A stretch of DNA of 64,000 nt from a virus (IMGVR_UViG_3300032093_000003), one strand, 5' to 3'; shown: positions 10,333-21,471, numbered from the stretch's first letter. The notes: a model not told the origin generated them from the sequence alone. Program-made: numbers and translations.

Positions 10333-11016
10333 CTATTTTGATAAAAATGTATCTAGTCTACCCATTAATTTTTTCATTCTATCATCAACAACAGGTTTTC
10401 TCTCAATTGTTTCTTGATATTGTTCTCTGTCTTTTAAATCACTAAACACATATGCTCCGGGAGTCGATGGTGAGGAGACTAAGTCAAAACACACTAATTC
10501 AAAATCATCTTGTACTATGTTTTGTCCTTTTATATTTTTCAATGATCCTACACCTCTTGATGAAATACCTAAAGTGGCACCATTCATAATTAACATTGCC
10601 GCTTGATCACCTCTTGTACTTACGATACCCATTTTTTTCCAACCTGGTGATGTAAATAATTTAATTTTACCCATTAACATTTTACCATCCCACCATGTTT
10701 CAATGATTGAATGTGATACTCTATCTAAATCAATTAATGAAGATGAGGGGTGATTTAATTCATTTAAAGCACCACCTTTTTTTATTAAAGATTGATATTT
10801 TTCATTTTCTCTTTTTAATAAAACTTCAGGATAAATTCTACCATTTTTGTTTGGGGTATCGTATTTCTGTAAAACAGCAAAAAGGATAAGGTCTTGCGAA
10901 AAGTCCATATCCTTCATTTCTGAAATTATTTTTTTATTATCTTCTGGTGAGATATGGCCGGCATCATATTCTATTAATATACCATGTCCGGTTTCTTTTG
11001 GTCCTAATATCTTCAT
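10333..11016 (-). CDS. prohead core protease (T4 gp21-like)
   Basis: NGRIYP, ELNHP and GISSRGVGS motifs resembling the T4 gp21 prohead protease family; position after portal. Confidence 0.65.
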   Translation of the reverse strand: MKILGPKETGHGILIEYDAGHISPEDNKKIISEMKDMDFSQDLILFAVLQKYDTPNKNGRIYPEVLLKRENEKYQSLIKKGGALNELNHPSSSLIDLDRVSHSIIETWWDGKMLMGKIKLFTSPGWKKMGIVSTRGDQAAMLIMNGATLGISSRGVGSLKNIKGQNIVQDDFELVCFDLVSSPSTPGAYVFSDLKDREQYQETIERKPVVDDRMKKLMGRLDTFLSK

Positions 11017-11052
11017 TTATAGTTTTTATACTATAAATACATCGATATCGTA

Positions 11053-11478
11053 CTATTTTTTTGTTTTATAAAAATTAAACAAGTTTTTATCTACCAATGA
11101 TTCGTTAATTATTGTTTTTATAATATCCGTAATTATTCTTTTTGTGTCTTTAGATTTAACATCAAATTTATTTTCAACATATAATGTTATTTCTAAATTC
11201 ATAAAAGATCTTTTTTCTTTTTTTATTCCTTTGGTTCTTATGTCTAAATCTACAATAGATTGTGGTTTAAAATTTTGATGATTTAAATCGTATATTAATC
11301 TTTTTATATCTCTCCTTGTTTTAAAAATCACACTATCAAAGTCATCATTTTCATTATTTGGTTGTAACCAAGAATTTAATTTTAAATAAATTGTTTTTAG
11401 ATTTTTAAAATCTACGGTTCCATATCCGATCTTAACATCATCGTATGTTCCCAAAGGAATAAACTTTCCTGTCTTCAT
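11053..11478 (-). CDS. hypothetical protein (head morphogenesis region)
   Basis: 141-aa ORF in head module. Confidence 0.3.
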   Translation of the reverse strand: MKTGKFIPLGTYDDVKIGYGTVDFKNLKTIYLKLNSWLQPNNENDDFDSVIFKTRRDIKRLIYDLNHQNFKPQSIVDLDIRTKGIKKEKRSFMNLEITLYVENKFDVKSKDTKRIITDIIKTIINESLVDKNLFNFYKTKK

Positions 11479-11768
11479 TATTTTTTACATATTAAAAATA
11501 TTTTATGGTGTAAATAAAAAATATGAAAAATTATCCACAAAACCAAATTTTTTTTGTATATATGGGTATAATTATAAAATATGATTATTATTGATTTAAC
11601 TAAAGAAAAAAATTTGGAGTCTGCGTTAAGAACCTATAAACATAAAGTTCAAAAAACAAAATTGATCCAAGAACTTAGAAAAAGAAAGGAGTTTGTAAAA
11701 CCTTCGGTAGAAAAAAGAGATTTGAAATTAAAAGCAATCCACACCAGTAAAATTAAAAATGGTCTCGA

Positions 11769-12521
11769 TTAATCAAGACCATTTTTTAATTCTTTAAGTT
11801 TATAGTAACCGTACTTTGTGGTTTCCGTTTTCATCACTTCAGTTTTCACATTATTTAATTTAGTTACTAATTCAACATCATCTTTTGATTCAAGAATAGT
11901 TGAATCTATTTTAGATACTATGGATTCTTTTAAATTTTTAACTTTATCTTTAAGTTCATTTTCATTTAAAGAAACAATTTCTTTTAATTCTTTCTTTTCG
12001 TTTTCATTTAAAGAATTGTCAAATATAGTGTTAAAATTATTTGTCAATACGGCGTGTAGTAAATTTTGATTTTTAATAAAAATGGAAGATTTATTTTCAT
12101 TTACTGTTTTGTTTTTTTTTCCAGTTAAAAAATCAATTAATTTTTTCTTTGCGGATATTTTTTTGTCTATGTTTAATAGATTATCATTCTCAGACAATAG
12201 ATCTAACATTTTATAAATCTCATTATTATCCTCAACTTGAACATCTTTTAATTCGACATCCAATTCTTCCATTATTTTATTTAGACTTTTTAAATTTTTT
12301 GATTTAAGTAATGAACTTATTTGATCTACATATTCTTTAGCAACATCAAGATCTTCAATGTCTTTATTTTCGATGTCTTCATACAACAAATACAATTCCT
12401 TAAAATCTTTATTTTCTTTAATTGTACCTAATATGTCCTTTAATTCACCCTTGTTATTTTTAATATAAGAGTCTGTTATTTTTTTTAACAACTTCATCTT
12501 TAATGATCCAAAATTTTTCAT
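11769..12521 (-). CDS. hypothetical coiled-coil protein (possible prohead core/scaffold-associated)
   Basis: 250-aa K/E/L/N-rich ORF between portal and protease genes. Confidence 0.3.
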   Translation of the reverse strand: MKNFGSLKMKLLKKITDSYIKNNKGELKDILGTIKENKDFKELYLLYEDIENKDIEDLDVAKEYVDQISSLLKSKNLKSLNKIMEELDVELKDVQVEDNNEIYKMLDLLSENDNLLNIDKKISAKKKLIDFLTGKKNKTVNENKSSIFIKNQNLLHAVLTNNFNTIFDNSLNENEKKELKEIVSLNENELKDKVKNLKESIVSKIDSTILESKDDVELVTKLNNVKTEVMKTETTKYGYYKLKELKNGLD

Positions 12522-12525
12522 TTTT

Positions 12526-14367
12526 TTAATCGTTTAATATATCTTTTATTTTATTTTCTATTTCATAAATATTCTCTTGTGCCTTATTAAAATTAAATAA
12601 ATCATTTAAATCTTTTTTTTCATCACCTAACATACTTAAAATTTTACTTTTTTTACTTTTGTTTTCACCTTCGGATAGTGTCTCTCCTCCACCTCCACCG
12701 GCTGGTGGCGGCGGTGCTGCTGATGCTCCTCCACCCATATCCATTCCACCACCTCCAGGTGATTCACTACCCGCTGATCCAGACGCCTCTAATTTCTTCC
12801 TCTCTTCTTCCGGTATACCGTATTTTCTATCAACTTCATCAAACACACCCGAACGTTTTATTATGTTCTGTGTATTTGTTAATTCAAATCCGATCGCTCT
12901 TTCAAGACGTTGTTGTTCTAAGTCTAATATAACTTCATTATCACTAAAACCTAAAATATTTTTCTTAGCCCAAGTATGTGAAACAGGTAAAATACCTATT
13001 TGTGATTGGTCGGATGTTGCATCTTTATAAAGAGTTATTTTTTCTTTCCATTGTTCTATTTTTAACAAATCAGACTGAGAGGAAGGATTTGTTAAAGATA
13101 ATTGGAAATTATGTAGTTCATCCTCCAAACCCACAAGTGATAGGTGTATTAATGCAATTTTATTTAATTCTTGAATTAATGATTTCTGTATTTTATTAAT
13201 TGTTCTGGCAAATCTAATATCCATTAATGCCAAATTCTTACCATCCCCAACAACTTCCTCAAAACCTAAAAACGCCTTAGGAATTCTAAGTGCCGCCAAC
13301 ATTTTCTTTTGAATATATTCAATATCGGCAATTTCACCTAAGTTCTGTGCTCCTGCCAATGTTTCAATTGGATTTGCGGCTGAAGGGTCACGAACGGGAA
13401 TAAAATAATCTTGATCAACGGCCATTTGATTATATCTCATATCGACTTGACCGTTTTTAGGATCAGGTACCGCTTGTCTTTTAAATTTATTTGCAACTCT
13501 TTGTACATATGGTTCGATATCCTTATCATCCATATTACCAACAAATATTTTAAATACACGTCTCTCAGGTGCTCTTGATGTTCTATAAATTAACATTGCG
13601 TCTTCCGCTAATAGAAGTTGTTTCCAAATTCTTCTAATTTTATCTAACATAGAGGTACCATATGGTAATTTTCTATCGTCACCCAATAACCTAAAATGAG
13701 CAATTTCCCAGGCTTGGAATTCCATGTCTTTATTTTTCCACTGAAATCTTAACTCTCTTGTTGGTATTTTAATATCTCTTTGATTTGGTGTTTTAGAAGA
13801 CGCGCCTTCAATTCTTTCTATCTCTATGTTTGGTAATTGTTGACAACCAACAATACCATCTTTAGGGTCTATTTTAAGGTATACAAAATCATCACCATAT
13901 TTACAAAGACCTCTCGTCCACATTTGTAGATTTGTTGCTATGTCTAACTTATTATTGAATAGATCTTGTAGTATGGATTTAACTCTATCTGATTCTGAAT
14001 ATATTGTTAAAATTTCACCTTTTTCTGATGGTGTCGTACTTTCTTCTGCGTATATATCCAATGCCGCGGAAATTTCGGGTGTGAATTCCATTGATTCATA
14101 ATCATAATATGCGGCCAATCTATTTGGTTCATAATAAACAGATTGATTATATAATGATTGATCTAATTTAGCCCACTTATCTGCAATATATTGACTTTGT
14201 TGGGATTGTAATAAAGCCGAATCATATTCTTCTTTACTACTTGTTTTTAATAATTCTTCTTTAGAGAAATTAAATGACGGATTTTCTGGTTGAGTAGGTT
14301 TATTTTGACCAACAAAACCAAACATCTTGGTTAATTTCTGAAATACTGTAATATTTTGATCTGCCAT
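12526..14367 (-). CDS. portal protein (candidate)
   Basis: 613-aa ORF immediately downstream of terminase large subunit on same strand; glycine-rich C-terminus. Confidence 0.55.
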   Translation of the reverse strand: MADQNITVFQKLTKMFGFVGQNKPTQPENPSFNFSKEELLKTSSKEEYDSALLQSQQSQYIADKWAKLDQSLYNQSVYYEPNRLAAYYDYESMEFTPEISAALDIYAEESTTPSEKGEILTIYSESDRVKSILQDLFNNKLDIATNLQMWTRGLCKYGDDFVYLKIDPKDGIVGCQQLPNIEIERIEGASSKTPNQRDIKIPTRELRFQWKNKDMEFQAWEIAHFRLLGDDRKLPYGTSMLDKIRRIWKQLLLAEDAMLIYRTSRAPERRVFKIFVGNMDDKDIEPYVQRVANKFKRQAVPDPKNGQVDMRYNQMAVDQDYFIPVRDPSAANPIETLAGAQNLGEIADIEYIQKKMLAALRIPKAFLGFEEVVGDGKNLALMDIRFARTINKIQKSLIQELNKIALIHLSLVGLEDELHNFQLSLTNPSSQSDLLKIEQWKEKITLYKDATSDQSQIGILPVSHTWAKKNILGFSDNEVILDLEQQRLERAIGFELTNTQNIIKRSGVFDEVDRKYGIPEEERKKLEASGSAGSESPGGGGMDMGGGASAAPPPPAGGGGGETLSEGENKSKKSKILSMLGDEKKDLNDLFNFNKAQENIYEIENKIKDILND

Positions 14368-14419
14368 GTTTATAAATAGTCTTTTTATAAGATACGTGTT
14401 TTTTTTATCACTTTAAAGT

Positions 14420-16195
14420 TTATTTACGTTTAGTAAATAACCAAGAATATTCTTTATATATGTCTTTTCCAACATTCATTGTGTTATCTTTGTGATAAAA
14501 ACTATTATCCATTGCTAATGCACCTATTGGGTCTAAAGTTGTTCCATATGAATAAAAAGTTTTATTGGCTTCATATGTTCTTTCGGATGATACCCAAGAT
14601 TCTAACATTGCTTTATTAGTTGAATCGGCTCTTTGTAATTGATTAAAACAAATTTCACCAGCATATAATGCCATGGATAGACTCATAATAGAATCATCGT
14701 GAGATCCCTTCATATGGTCTGGTCTACCGTTTATGTAAACAAATGTGTTTAATTCATTTAGTAATCTATTTGATCTAACAATAAAACCTTTTCTTAGTTG
14801 TTCTTCAAATGATGCGACTATCTGGGTTCTTTTATTGTTAAAATTAATACCGGGAATTTTTTCCATCGCTTTCTTATTGTATTCCCAAATATTTTGTGTA
14901 TTAATACCGTCAATATAAATGTTTTTATAATTTAATTCTTGTAATTTTCTTGATGTTGCAACACCCATACCACCAGTTATATCCACAACCACAAAGGCGT
15001 TTCCATAAAGGATACCCCATTTATAAACAATTGACGCTAAATCATCTGGTGGTATTTTACCAATATATTCTAACACCTGTTCTCTATCATCAAAATCAAT
15101 AATATTGATCGAAGAAAAATCTTCACTATCACCTCTACTCACATCAACACCCATAATATAACGATGACCCTCAACTGGTTCTTTCCATTGCCAAAGTGTA
15201 CCTTGCATGTACTTTTCCATTGGTTGTCTGATCATATTTTTTGCAATATTTTCTTGGGTTTCACTTGGAATAACACCATCACCTGAACCTAAAAAGTCAC
15301 ACTCCAATTCCTGTGCAATTTTACGTCTATCATATTTGAATTTTTTAGACATTGATTCAAACCAAGATGAAAATGGTTTATATCCTTGTTCTTCATATTC
15401 TCTATATTTTTCAACATCAAAATCATACATTACCACTTCATCATCATTATATTGTTCTCTATTCAACATATAATGACATATGTCAGCACATTTAACCCAA
15501 CGTAAGTCTTTAGTGTAACGAGGGTCTTTAAACCATCTTAAATCTGTTATATGGAAATCATTTATACCACGTAACGCTTGGTCATAAACACCATAATAAA
15601 TCGGATCATAACCATTTGGTGTTGATATAAGAATAATCTTACCACCCGTAGATAGTGACGCCATAGATGCCGCCCAAAAGTCTTCTCCCGCTTCAATATA
15701 TGCCGCCTCATCAAATACAAGTATCGTTGGTGTGTAACCACGTAATGCATCCGCAGATGTCGCAACCGCTTTAACTTCACATCCATTATTTAATCTAAAT
15801 CTACTTTCTGAGTTTTTATCAGGGTGAAAACCCACATTAATCCATTCTGGCCATTGATCCAAGAAATGTCTAACTTTATTGGCCATTTCAATCGCGGTAT
15901 CTCTCTTATTCGCAATAATCAGAACCCTTTCAGGATTTTCGGGTTTTGCGGTTTGGAGTTTTTTTGAAATCCAAGCGGCTGTTACTGTAGATACACCCGC
16001 CTGTCTATATTTTCTTGTTATATTTTCATTATAAGTTTCATAATCCTTAATCAATTGAACTTGATCAGGAAACAATTCTAAGGGTACGAATTTCTTTTGT
16101 GTATTATCATAAGTTGTTAAGTATGTTTTTAAGGCATACGGAGCATCTTTGATAATCTTAGCGTATTCTTTTAACTGTTCAATCTTTGTGTTCAT
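14420..16195 (-). CDS. terminase large subunit
   Basis: Walker A-like RQAGVST, Walker B LVFDEAAYI, C-terminal RNaseH-like nuclease region (MGVDVSRGDSEDFS); size 591 aa. Confidence 0.8.
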   Translation of the reverse strand: MNTKIEQLKEYAKIIKDAPYALKTYLTTYDNTQKKFVPLELFPDQVQLIKDYETYNENITRKYRQAGVSTVTAAWISKKLQTAKPENPERVLIIANKRDTAIEMANKVRHFLDQWPEWINVGFHPDKNSESRFRLNNGCEVKAVATSADALRGYTPTILVFDEAAYIEAGEDFWAASMASLSTGGKIILISTPNGYDPIYYGVYDQALRGINDFHITDLRWFKDPRYTKDLRWVKCADICHYMLNREQYNDDEVVMYDFDVEKYREYEEQGYKPFSSWFESMSKKFKYDRRKIAQELECDFLGSGDGVIPSETQENIAKNMIRQPMEKYMQGTLWQWKEPVEGHRYIMGVDVSRGDSEDFSSINIIDFDDREQVLEYIGKIPPDDLASIVYKWGILYGNAFVVVDITGGMGVATSRKLQELNYKNIYIDGINTQNIWEYNKKAMEKIPGINFNNKRTQIVASFEEQLRKGFIVRSNRLLNELNTFVYINGRPDHMKGSHDDSIMSLSMALYAGEICFNQLQRADSTNKAMLESWVSSERTYEANKTFYSYGTTLDPIGALAMDNSFYHKDNTMNVGKDIYKEYSWLFTKRK

Positions 16196-16209
16196 ATACC
16201 TATAAATAC

Positions 16210-16240
16210 AAAAAAGGGAGGTAAAACCTCCCTTTTTATT
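16210..16240. terminator. intrinsic terminator
   Basis: AAAAAGGGAGGTAAAACCTCCCTTTTTATT. Confidence 0.55.
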
Positions 16241-16252
16241 ATCTTTACTTGA

Positions 16253-17572
16253 TTATGATAGATCAATACCTAAGCCACCAAGGAAATCTTTTAAATCATC
16301 ATCATCAGTTTCATCTGAGATATCTGTAAGTTTATCGTCAAATTCACTCATCGATTCTTCATAATCATAATTTCTTATTTCCGCCTCTATAGAATCAACA
16401 ATAATTTTCATTAAATTTCTACCATTTTCTGATCCTGAAATAACTTCTTTCATGAATACTAAAAATTCTTTAGCTGGCTTTTTAACTATATGTGAAAATA
16501 ACATTAATTGTATATTCTTCTTATTTTCATCAGTTAACACATCTTCTGGTATTTGACTTCTAATTCTATCCCATATCGCTGGACCCAATCTTAAATCCCA
16601 AATTTCTTTTTCCATTGTGTTTTCACTACTAATTACTCTTTGAGCAATTTCAGGATTACGCGATTGTCCTTTAATTGCAGCAATCACTTCAAAAGTACCT
16701 TTTATTAGTTCATGAACCAATATTGGGAAATTCAATCCTTGTGCCATTACTTTTGGTGGATTTGAATTAGGGTCAATACTTTCTTTACCTCCAACCATAT
16801 TACCACCACCTCCACCACCCATGGAAGCTTTCATTTGTTGATCACTGACTTGCCAATATAATGTATCATTAATTGACATTAAAATACCATATTGATTAAT
16901 TAATGATTCTGAACCGGTAATTTCTCTAATTTTATCTGTAACATAATGATACATATAATGACCTCTTTTCGATGCACCTTGTATCATACTACCAATTAGT
17001 CTTGCTTTAGCTTTTTCTAAATTTAATGTTTGTAAATCATCAAATAATTCCTGTTCAATTTCGACCTCTTCCATTTCAGGTTGTTGTTGACCCGGTTGAT
17101 CTCTATTAAAGTCCTGAGTATCAATTTCACCCATACCAACAATTTTTGCCTCAAACTCAATGTCACCTTCCTCAATTCCAAATTCTTTCATGACCAAATC
17201 AATTGCCAATCTTTCTAATTCTTCTCTATGTTCTCTTTCGGTTTGAACAATTTCATTATGTGCCATCATCATGGTTTGCATTAATGGCATCATATTTTGC
17301 ATACCAACCATTGGTGTTTGAATGTTAGTATATTGTCTAACTTTCTGAACAACTTGTTTATATCTCTCTGAAGCCAAAAGTTCCTGGAAATTTTGATTTG
17401 GTTCATTACCTGTTTTAGGTAAGGGAATTTTTTTCAAAGGAGTTTCACCTTGACTAAGTTTAGACTGTACACCAGAATCGGGCCTATCGGCAGAATCAAA
17501 ATCCATTGCCATTTCTTCAATATTTTCTTTAACTAAAGATAGTAAATTTTTTTTGCTTATAACAATTTTCAT
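16253..17572 (-). CDS. hypothetical protein
   Basis: 439-aa ORF upstream of terminase, followed by terminator hairpin. Confidence 0.3.
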   Translation of the reverse strand: MKIVISKKNLLSLVKENIEEMAMDFDSADRPDSGVQSKLSQGETPLKKIPLPKTGNEPNQNFQELLASERYKQVVQKVRQYTNIQTPMVGMQNMMPLMQTMMMAHNEIVQTEREHREELERLAIDLVMKEFGIEEGDIEFEAKIVGMGEIDTQDFNRDQPGQQQPEMEEVEIEQELFDDLQTLNLEKAKARLIGSMIQGASKRGHYMYHYVTDKIREITGSESLINQYGILMSINDTLYWQVSDQQMKASMGGGGGGNMVGGKESIDPNSNPPKVMAQGLNFPILVHELIKGTFEVIAAIKGQSRNPEIAQRVISSENTMEKEIWDLRLGPAIWDRIRSQIPEDVLTDENKKNIQLMLFSHIVKKPAKEFLVFMKEVISGSENGRNLMKIIVDSIEAEIRNYDYEESMSEFDDKLTDISDETDDDDLKDFLGGLGIDLS

Positions 17573-17573
17573 T

Positions 17574-18491
17574 TTATTTTTTCTTTTTCCCTTCTTTTAT
17601 TGTTGATCCTGCTCTTGGACCGGGATTCGGAATCGGATTTGGGTCATCTTTTCTGAATGGATCTTTTCTTGGATCTTTTCTTGGTGGGGTTTTTTCACCC
17701 GGATCTTTTGTTGGTGTGGGTTTTGTTGAAGGTTCTTTTGTCGGTGCTGTTTCAGTTGATGTTATTGAATCATAAGTCATAAACTCAGGAATACCATTAT
17801 GACCTTTATGACCTTTTTTAGCTTTTTTGGGCATAGGTATCATTGTTTCAGTTTCATTAAGTTTTCTTTGTAAAAGTTCCATGATTTCTCCTTTTGATGT
17901 GAATGGATGATAATTTGTTTCTGCTAAGTTATTAACCCATTCTGATATTTCATGATTTTCTTTTAACTTTTTTAAAGTCATAGCCAATTTTGCTCTTTGA
18001 CCTAATTTACGACCTTCCTTAACTTCAGATTTTTTTGATCCTAACTTTTTAAAATCGGCAGAAGTTAATTTACCTTTAGGTTCAGCAACATCTAATTTTT
18101 TCTGATTACCTTTTAACTCTTCTTTAACATCTTTTTTATTTCTCAATAATTTGAAATCTTCTTTATCTATTCTCTTATTTTTATTTTTATCTAAAGCAGA
18201 TAATTGTTTTTGAGTAGGTTTCTTTTTCCCTTCTTTCATTTCTGTTTCCTTTGTTACTTGTATGTGACCTTGTTTAGAAATATCGGTAACTTTTTTAGGA
18301 TCATTAATAATTGTATTAATTTCTGCGGCGTCACTTGGATTACTCATACTGTAAACTTTAACTTGTTTAACAAGTGCTTCATTTAACATTCTATCACATA
18401 GTGATCTAAGTTGATTATCACTAAAATTAACCAATGTTTTTGTGGAAAGACCCTCATTTACAAGTCTTTTAACCATTTCTGATCTTGTCAT
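17574..18491 (-). CDS. hypothetical lysine-rich protein
   Basis: 305-aa K/E-rich ORF with P-rich C-terminus. Confidence 0.3.
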   Translation of the reverse strand: MTRSEMVKRLVNEGLSTKTLVNFSDNQLRSLCDRMLNEALVKQVKVYSMSNPSDAAEINTIINDPKKVTDISKQGHIQVTKETEMKEGKKKPTQKQLSALDKNKNKRIDKEDFKLLRNKKDVKEELKGNQKKLDVAEPKGKLTSADFKKLGSKKSEVKEGRKLGQRAKLAMTLKKLKENHEISEWVNNLAETNYHPFTSKGEIMELLQRKLNETETMIPMPKKAKKGHKGHNGIPEFMTYDSITSTETAPTKEPSTKPTPTKDPGEKTPPRKDPRKDPFRKDDPNPIPNPGPRAGSTIKEGKKKK

Positions 18492-18889
18492 ATTATTTTA
18501 ATTTTTATTTCTTCATTTATTAGGTGATAACCTCTTTCTTTTATTTTTTTTGTTACACTTTCTAATGTTTCTCCAAACTTAAATGTCAATCTTTCATCTT
18601 GACTTTCAGGATTGAATTTTTCCCAACCTAATGCAACTACACCATCCACAGCATCAATAACTCCGAAATAATCGGAGTTTTGAACAAGTTCTAATTCTAT
18701 GTCTGAATTTTTTAAAAGACCAACTAAGTCAATATATTCAACATCGGGAGACTTAGATTGTGTTGAAATTGATGCCGGTATAACAAACCATTCCTCTATG
18801 TCAAGTTCTGTAGATTTACTGAAGATAAATTCATACTGTTTTTGACCTTTATAATCTGCACCAATTTCATTAACATAGATAAGTCTCAT
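18488..18889 (-). CDS. hypothetical protein
   Basis: 133-aa ORF, start/stop overlap with neighbours (operon-like). Confidence 0.3.
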   Translation of the reverse strand: MRLIYVNEIGADYKGQKQYEFIFSKSTELDIEEWFVIPASISTQSKSPDVEYIDLVGLLKNSDIELELVQNSDYFGVIDAVDGVVALGWEKFNPESQDERLTFKFGETLESVTKKIKERGYHLINEEIKIKII

Positions 18890-18892
18890 ATT

Positions 18893-19987
18893 TTATTTAA
18901 AATATTTACTCAACGTCTCACCAATACTTTTGCTTATGTCAGCTTTTATTTCATCCATATCAATTTCAACCTCTAAAAGATCATCACTTTCAGAAACACC
19001 TAAATCATTGTAATCATCTAAATTAACTTCATCTATTTCTTCATCAGTTGCGATCGGTGTATTTATGAAATTTTCTAATTTATCCATTGTTTCACCCAAT
19101 TCTTCTTCCCCACTTTCCGGTGCTTGTGGAATTTCTTCCCCACCTTCTGGTGTTTGTGGAATTTCTTCCTCACCTTCTGGTGTTTGTGGAATTTCTTCCT
19201 CACGATCGAATTTTTTAGATATTTCCTCGATATCTTCATCCTCTAATTTATCTAAATCAACTGCCGATATTATCATGTTTAAAACATATTTAATATCGTC
19301 ACTTTCCATTTTTTGTTTTTGATCTCTTAATTCTTGACCAAGTTTCCCTGAAAATTTTTGTACTTCAGCCATGTAATCTGAAGGTTTTCCTGATTCTCCA
19401 CCTTCAGGTGCGAATGGAACTTCTTCTCCACCTTCTGGTGCCATTGGAACTTCTTCTCCACCTTCTGGCGCCATTGGAACTTCTTCTCCGCCAGGAGTAG
19501 GTGCCCCACCTTCTGGTGCCATTGGTGCTTCAGGTGCCCCACCTTCTGGTGCCATTGGTGCTTCAGGTGCCCCACCTTCTGGTGCCGCTGGTGCGGGTGC
19601 CATTGGTGCTTCAGGTGCAGGTGCCCCACCTTCTGGTTTTTGTTTTAAAACGTATTTTGTTGCTTCTTGTAAATTTTCTTGACCAACAAGTAAATCCATT
19701 CTTTTCAACGCCTCAGCATATGAAGAAAATCTATTTTTGTTTTTCATGAACATTCCACCAATATAATCTAGTGAATTTTCATTTAAACCTTTTTTTACAT
19801 AGTAACCGTCTCTTTCTTTTACGATACCATATACTCCATTACCAATAGATTCTTTAATCATTTCGGCTTTAGTGTTATTATTTGTTGATTTTTTGGGTGT
19901 ACTATTATAGTAGGTTAATTCGAGAATTCTTTTTAATTTGTCATCTCCATTTAACTTTTCACTACCCAATGGTTTTAAATCTCCCAT
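18893..19987 (-). CDS. hypothetical tandem-repeat protein (APEGG/EEIPQTPEGG decapeptide repeats)
   Basis: Two blocks of 30-bp in-frame tandem DNA repeats. Confidence 0.35.
   Translation of the reverse strand: MGDLKPLGSEKLNGDDKLKRILELTYYNSTPKKSTNNNTKAEMIKESIGNGVYGIVKERDGYYVKKGLNENSLDYIGGMFMKNKNRFSSYAEALKRMDLLVGQENLQEATKYVLKQKPEGGAPAPEAPMAPAPAAPEGGAPEAPMAPEGGAPEAPMAPEGGAPTPGGEEVPMAPEGGEEVPMAPEGGEEVPFAPEGGESGKPSDYMAEVQKFSGKLGQELRDQKQKMESDDIKYVLNMIISAVDLDKLEDEDIEEISKKFDREEEIPQTPEGEEEIPQTPEGGEEIPQAPESGEEELGETMDKLENFINTPIATDEEIDEVNLDDYNDLGVSESDDLLEVEIDMDEIKADISKSIGETLSKYFK
19108..19640. repeat. two blocks of 30-bp in-frame tandem repeats inside gene 18893-19987
   Basis: CACCTTCTGGTGTTTGTGGAATTTCTTCCT x3 and CCACCTTCTGGTGCCATTGG... 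x6-8. Confidence 0.6.
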
Positions 19988-20055
19988 GTTTTTTGTTTAA
20001 TAAATATAATTATTCTTATCCTATAAATACAAGGATATATTAAAAAAATTGTTGT

Positions 20056-21159
20056 TTATTGATTTGATAGAGATAATTTTTTATCGATTATCTTACTTTT
20101 TAAATCTAATATTTTTTCTATATACCCATTTCTTCTAAGTAACTTGAATGTTAAGTTTTCATATGAGTACTCACCACCAGATTCTAAACCACTCTGTCTA
20201 AAGTTTTTTATCTTCTTATATAAGTCTTTAGTTTCTTTTGTTATATCATCACCACTTTCCATTTTAGATAATAAATCATCTATTTGCTTTCCATATTCTT
20301 CACCCTTTTGTAATATTTTTTTATCATCTATTTTTGGATTTGTCTTTTCAGGTGTGACAACCCATTTGTTATTTAATATAGAGTAAACACCAGATGATAC
20401 ATGTTCTTGATGAATATCTTGAACGTATATTTCAAGATCAAAACCTTTTATTTTAATGTCGTGTTTCGATTTCCAAACTTTTTCTTTTGAATCAAAAAAA
20501 TCTTGAACTATTTTATGTAAGATAGTGGAATCTTCTTTTTCTTTATTATCAAATTCATCCATGTCAACTAATATGTGTAAATCAACATCTGAAAATTCCG
20601 ACCAATTATAGTTTGCCAAAGATCCGGTAAGAACTATATCGTGAATAAAAAATTCAACATCAATAAAATCTAAATATTCATTGGTGATTTCCAATAGTTT
20701 TTTTCTAATGTCGTCTTTAATAACATATTCTTTCCCAACTCTACGAAATATGTTTGGACATAATGTATCTTTACTTCTAAAAGATTTAATTATCTTTTTA
20801 TCAACTTCCTTGTCTTCAATTAGTTCTTCAAATAAAGATTTTTTTGGTTTTTTATTTAAAATATAATTAATCAAGTTAATCATATTTTCAGATGTAAAGC
20901 CCTGAGTACCTATCGTACCATTTGGTCTTCTAAGTAATTCTATTGGAACCAATTTAAATTCACCATCAATAATTGATGGAATATTATCAACTTTTAAAAG
21001 ATTAAGTAAATTCGACCTGTGATTACCATCTGATATGATATATGTATCGTCTGGCATTTTTGATAAAGTAACAGGATCTGTTTTTACGTATTCGTAAATT
21101 TTTTCAATTTTATCGGGATCCTCTCTTAATTTAAAAATTAGTTCTTTAAATTCACTCAT
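20056..21159 (-). CDS. ParB-like N-terminal domain / nucleotidyltransferase-fold protein
   Basis: DGNHR motif near N-terminus; GS-x(n)-DxD (TGSLANYNWSEFSDVDLHILVD) Pol-beta-type NTase signature. Confidence 0.4.
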   Translation of the reverse strand: MSEFKELIFKLREDPDKIEKIYEYVKTDPVTLSKMPDDTYIISDGNHRSNLLNLLKVDNIPSIIDGEFKLVPIELLRRPNGTIGTQGFTSENMINLINYILNKKPKKSLFEELIEDKEVDKKIIKSFRSKDTLCPNIFRRVGKEYVIKDDIRKKLLEITNEYLDFIDVEFFIHDIVLTGSLANYNWSEFSDVDLHILVDMDEFDNKEKEDSTILHKIVQDFFDSKEKVWKSKHDIKIKGFDLEIYVQDIHQEHVSSGVYSILNNKWVVTPEKTNPKIDDKKILQKGEEYGKQIDDLLSKMESGDDITKETKDLYKKIKNFRQSGLESGGEYSYENLTFKLLRRNGYIEKILDLKSKIIDKKLSLSNQ

Positions 21160-21401
21160 TTTACCTTTTTGTACTTATAAGTTTTCGCAATATTTGCGTT
21201 AAAAAACTTCCCTTGAGATTCCGCTAATCTTAATTTAGCAAAAATATCCCACGGTACTTTATTATACTCATAAATACCACCATTATTGAAAGTAATCGTC
21301 AAATCTTGACTTTCAGTATCATACAATGCTGATTTTAGATTTGATGAATTGATTTCAACTGTAATAAGTTTTCCTTCGATTTTTTCTGAAATGATTCCCA
21401 T
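21156..21401 (-). CDS. hypothetical small protein
   Basis: 81-aa ORF with start overlapping upstream gene. Confidence 0.3.
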   Translation of the reverse strand: MGIISEKIEGKLITVEINSSNLKSALYDTESQDLTITFNNGGIYEYNKVPWDIFAKLRLAESQGKFFNANIAKTYKYKKVK

Positions 21402-21441
21402 AATATAGTTTTTACTATAATATACGAAATATATGGGAAAT

Positions 21442-21470
21442 AAAAAACCCCGAAAATTTCGGGGTTTTAA
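21442..21470. terminator. intrinsic terminator
   Basis: AAAAAACCCCGAAAATTTCGGGGTTTT. Confidence 0.55.
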
Positions 21471-21471
21471 T

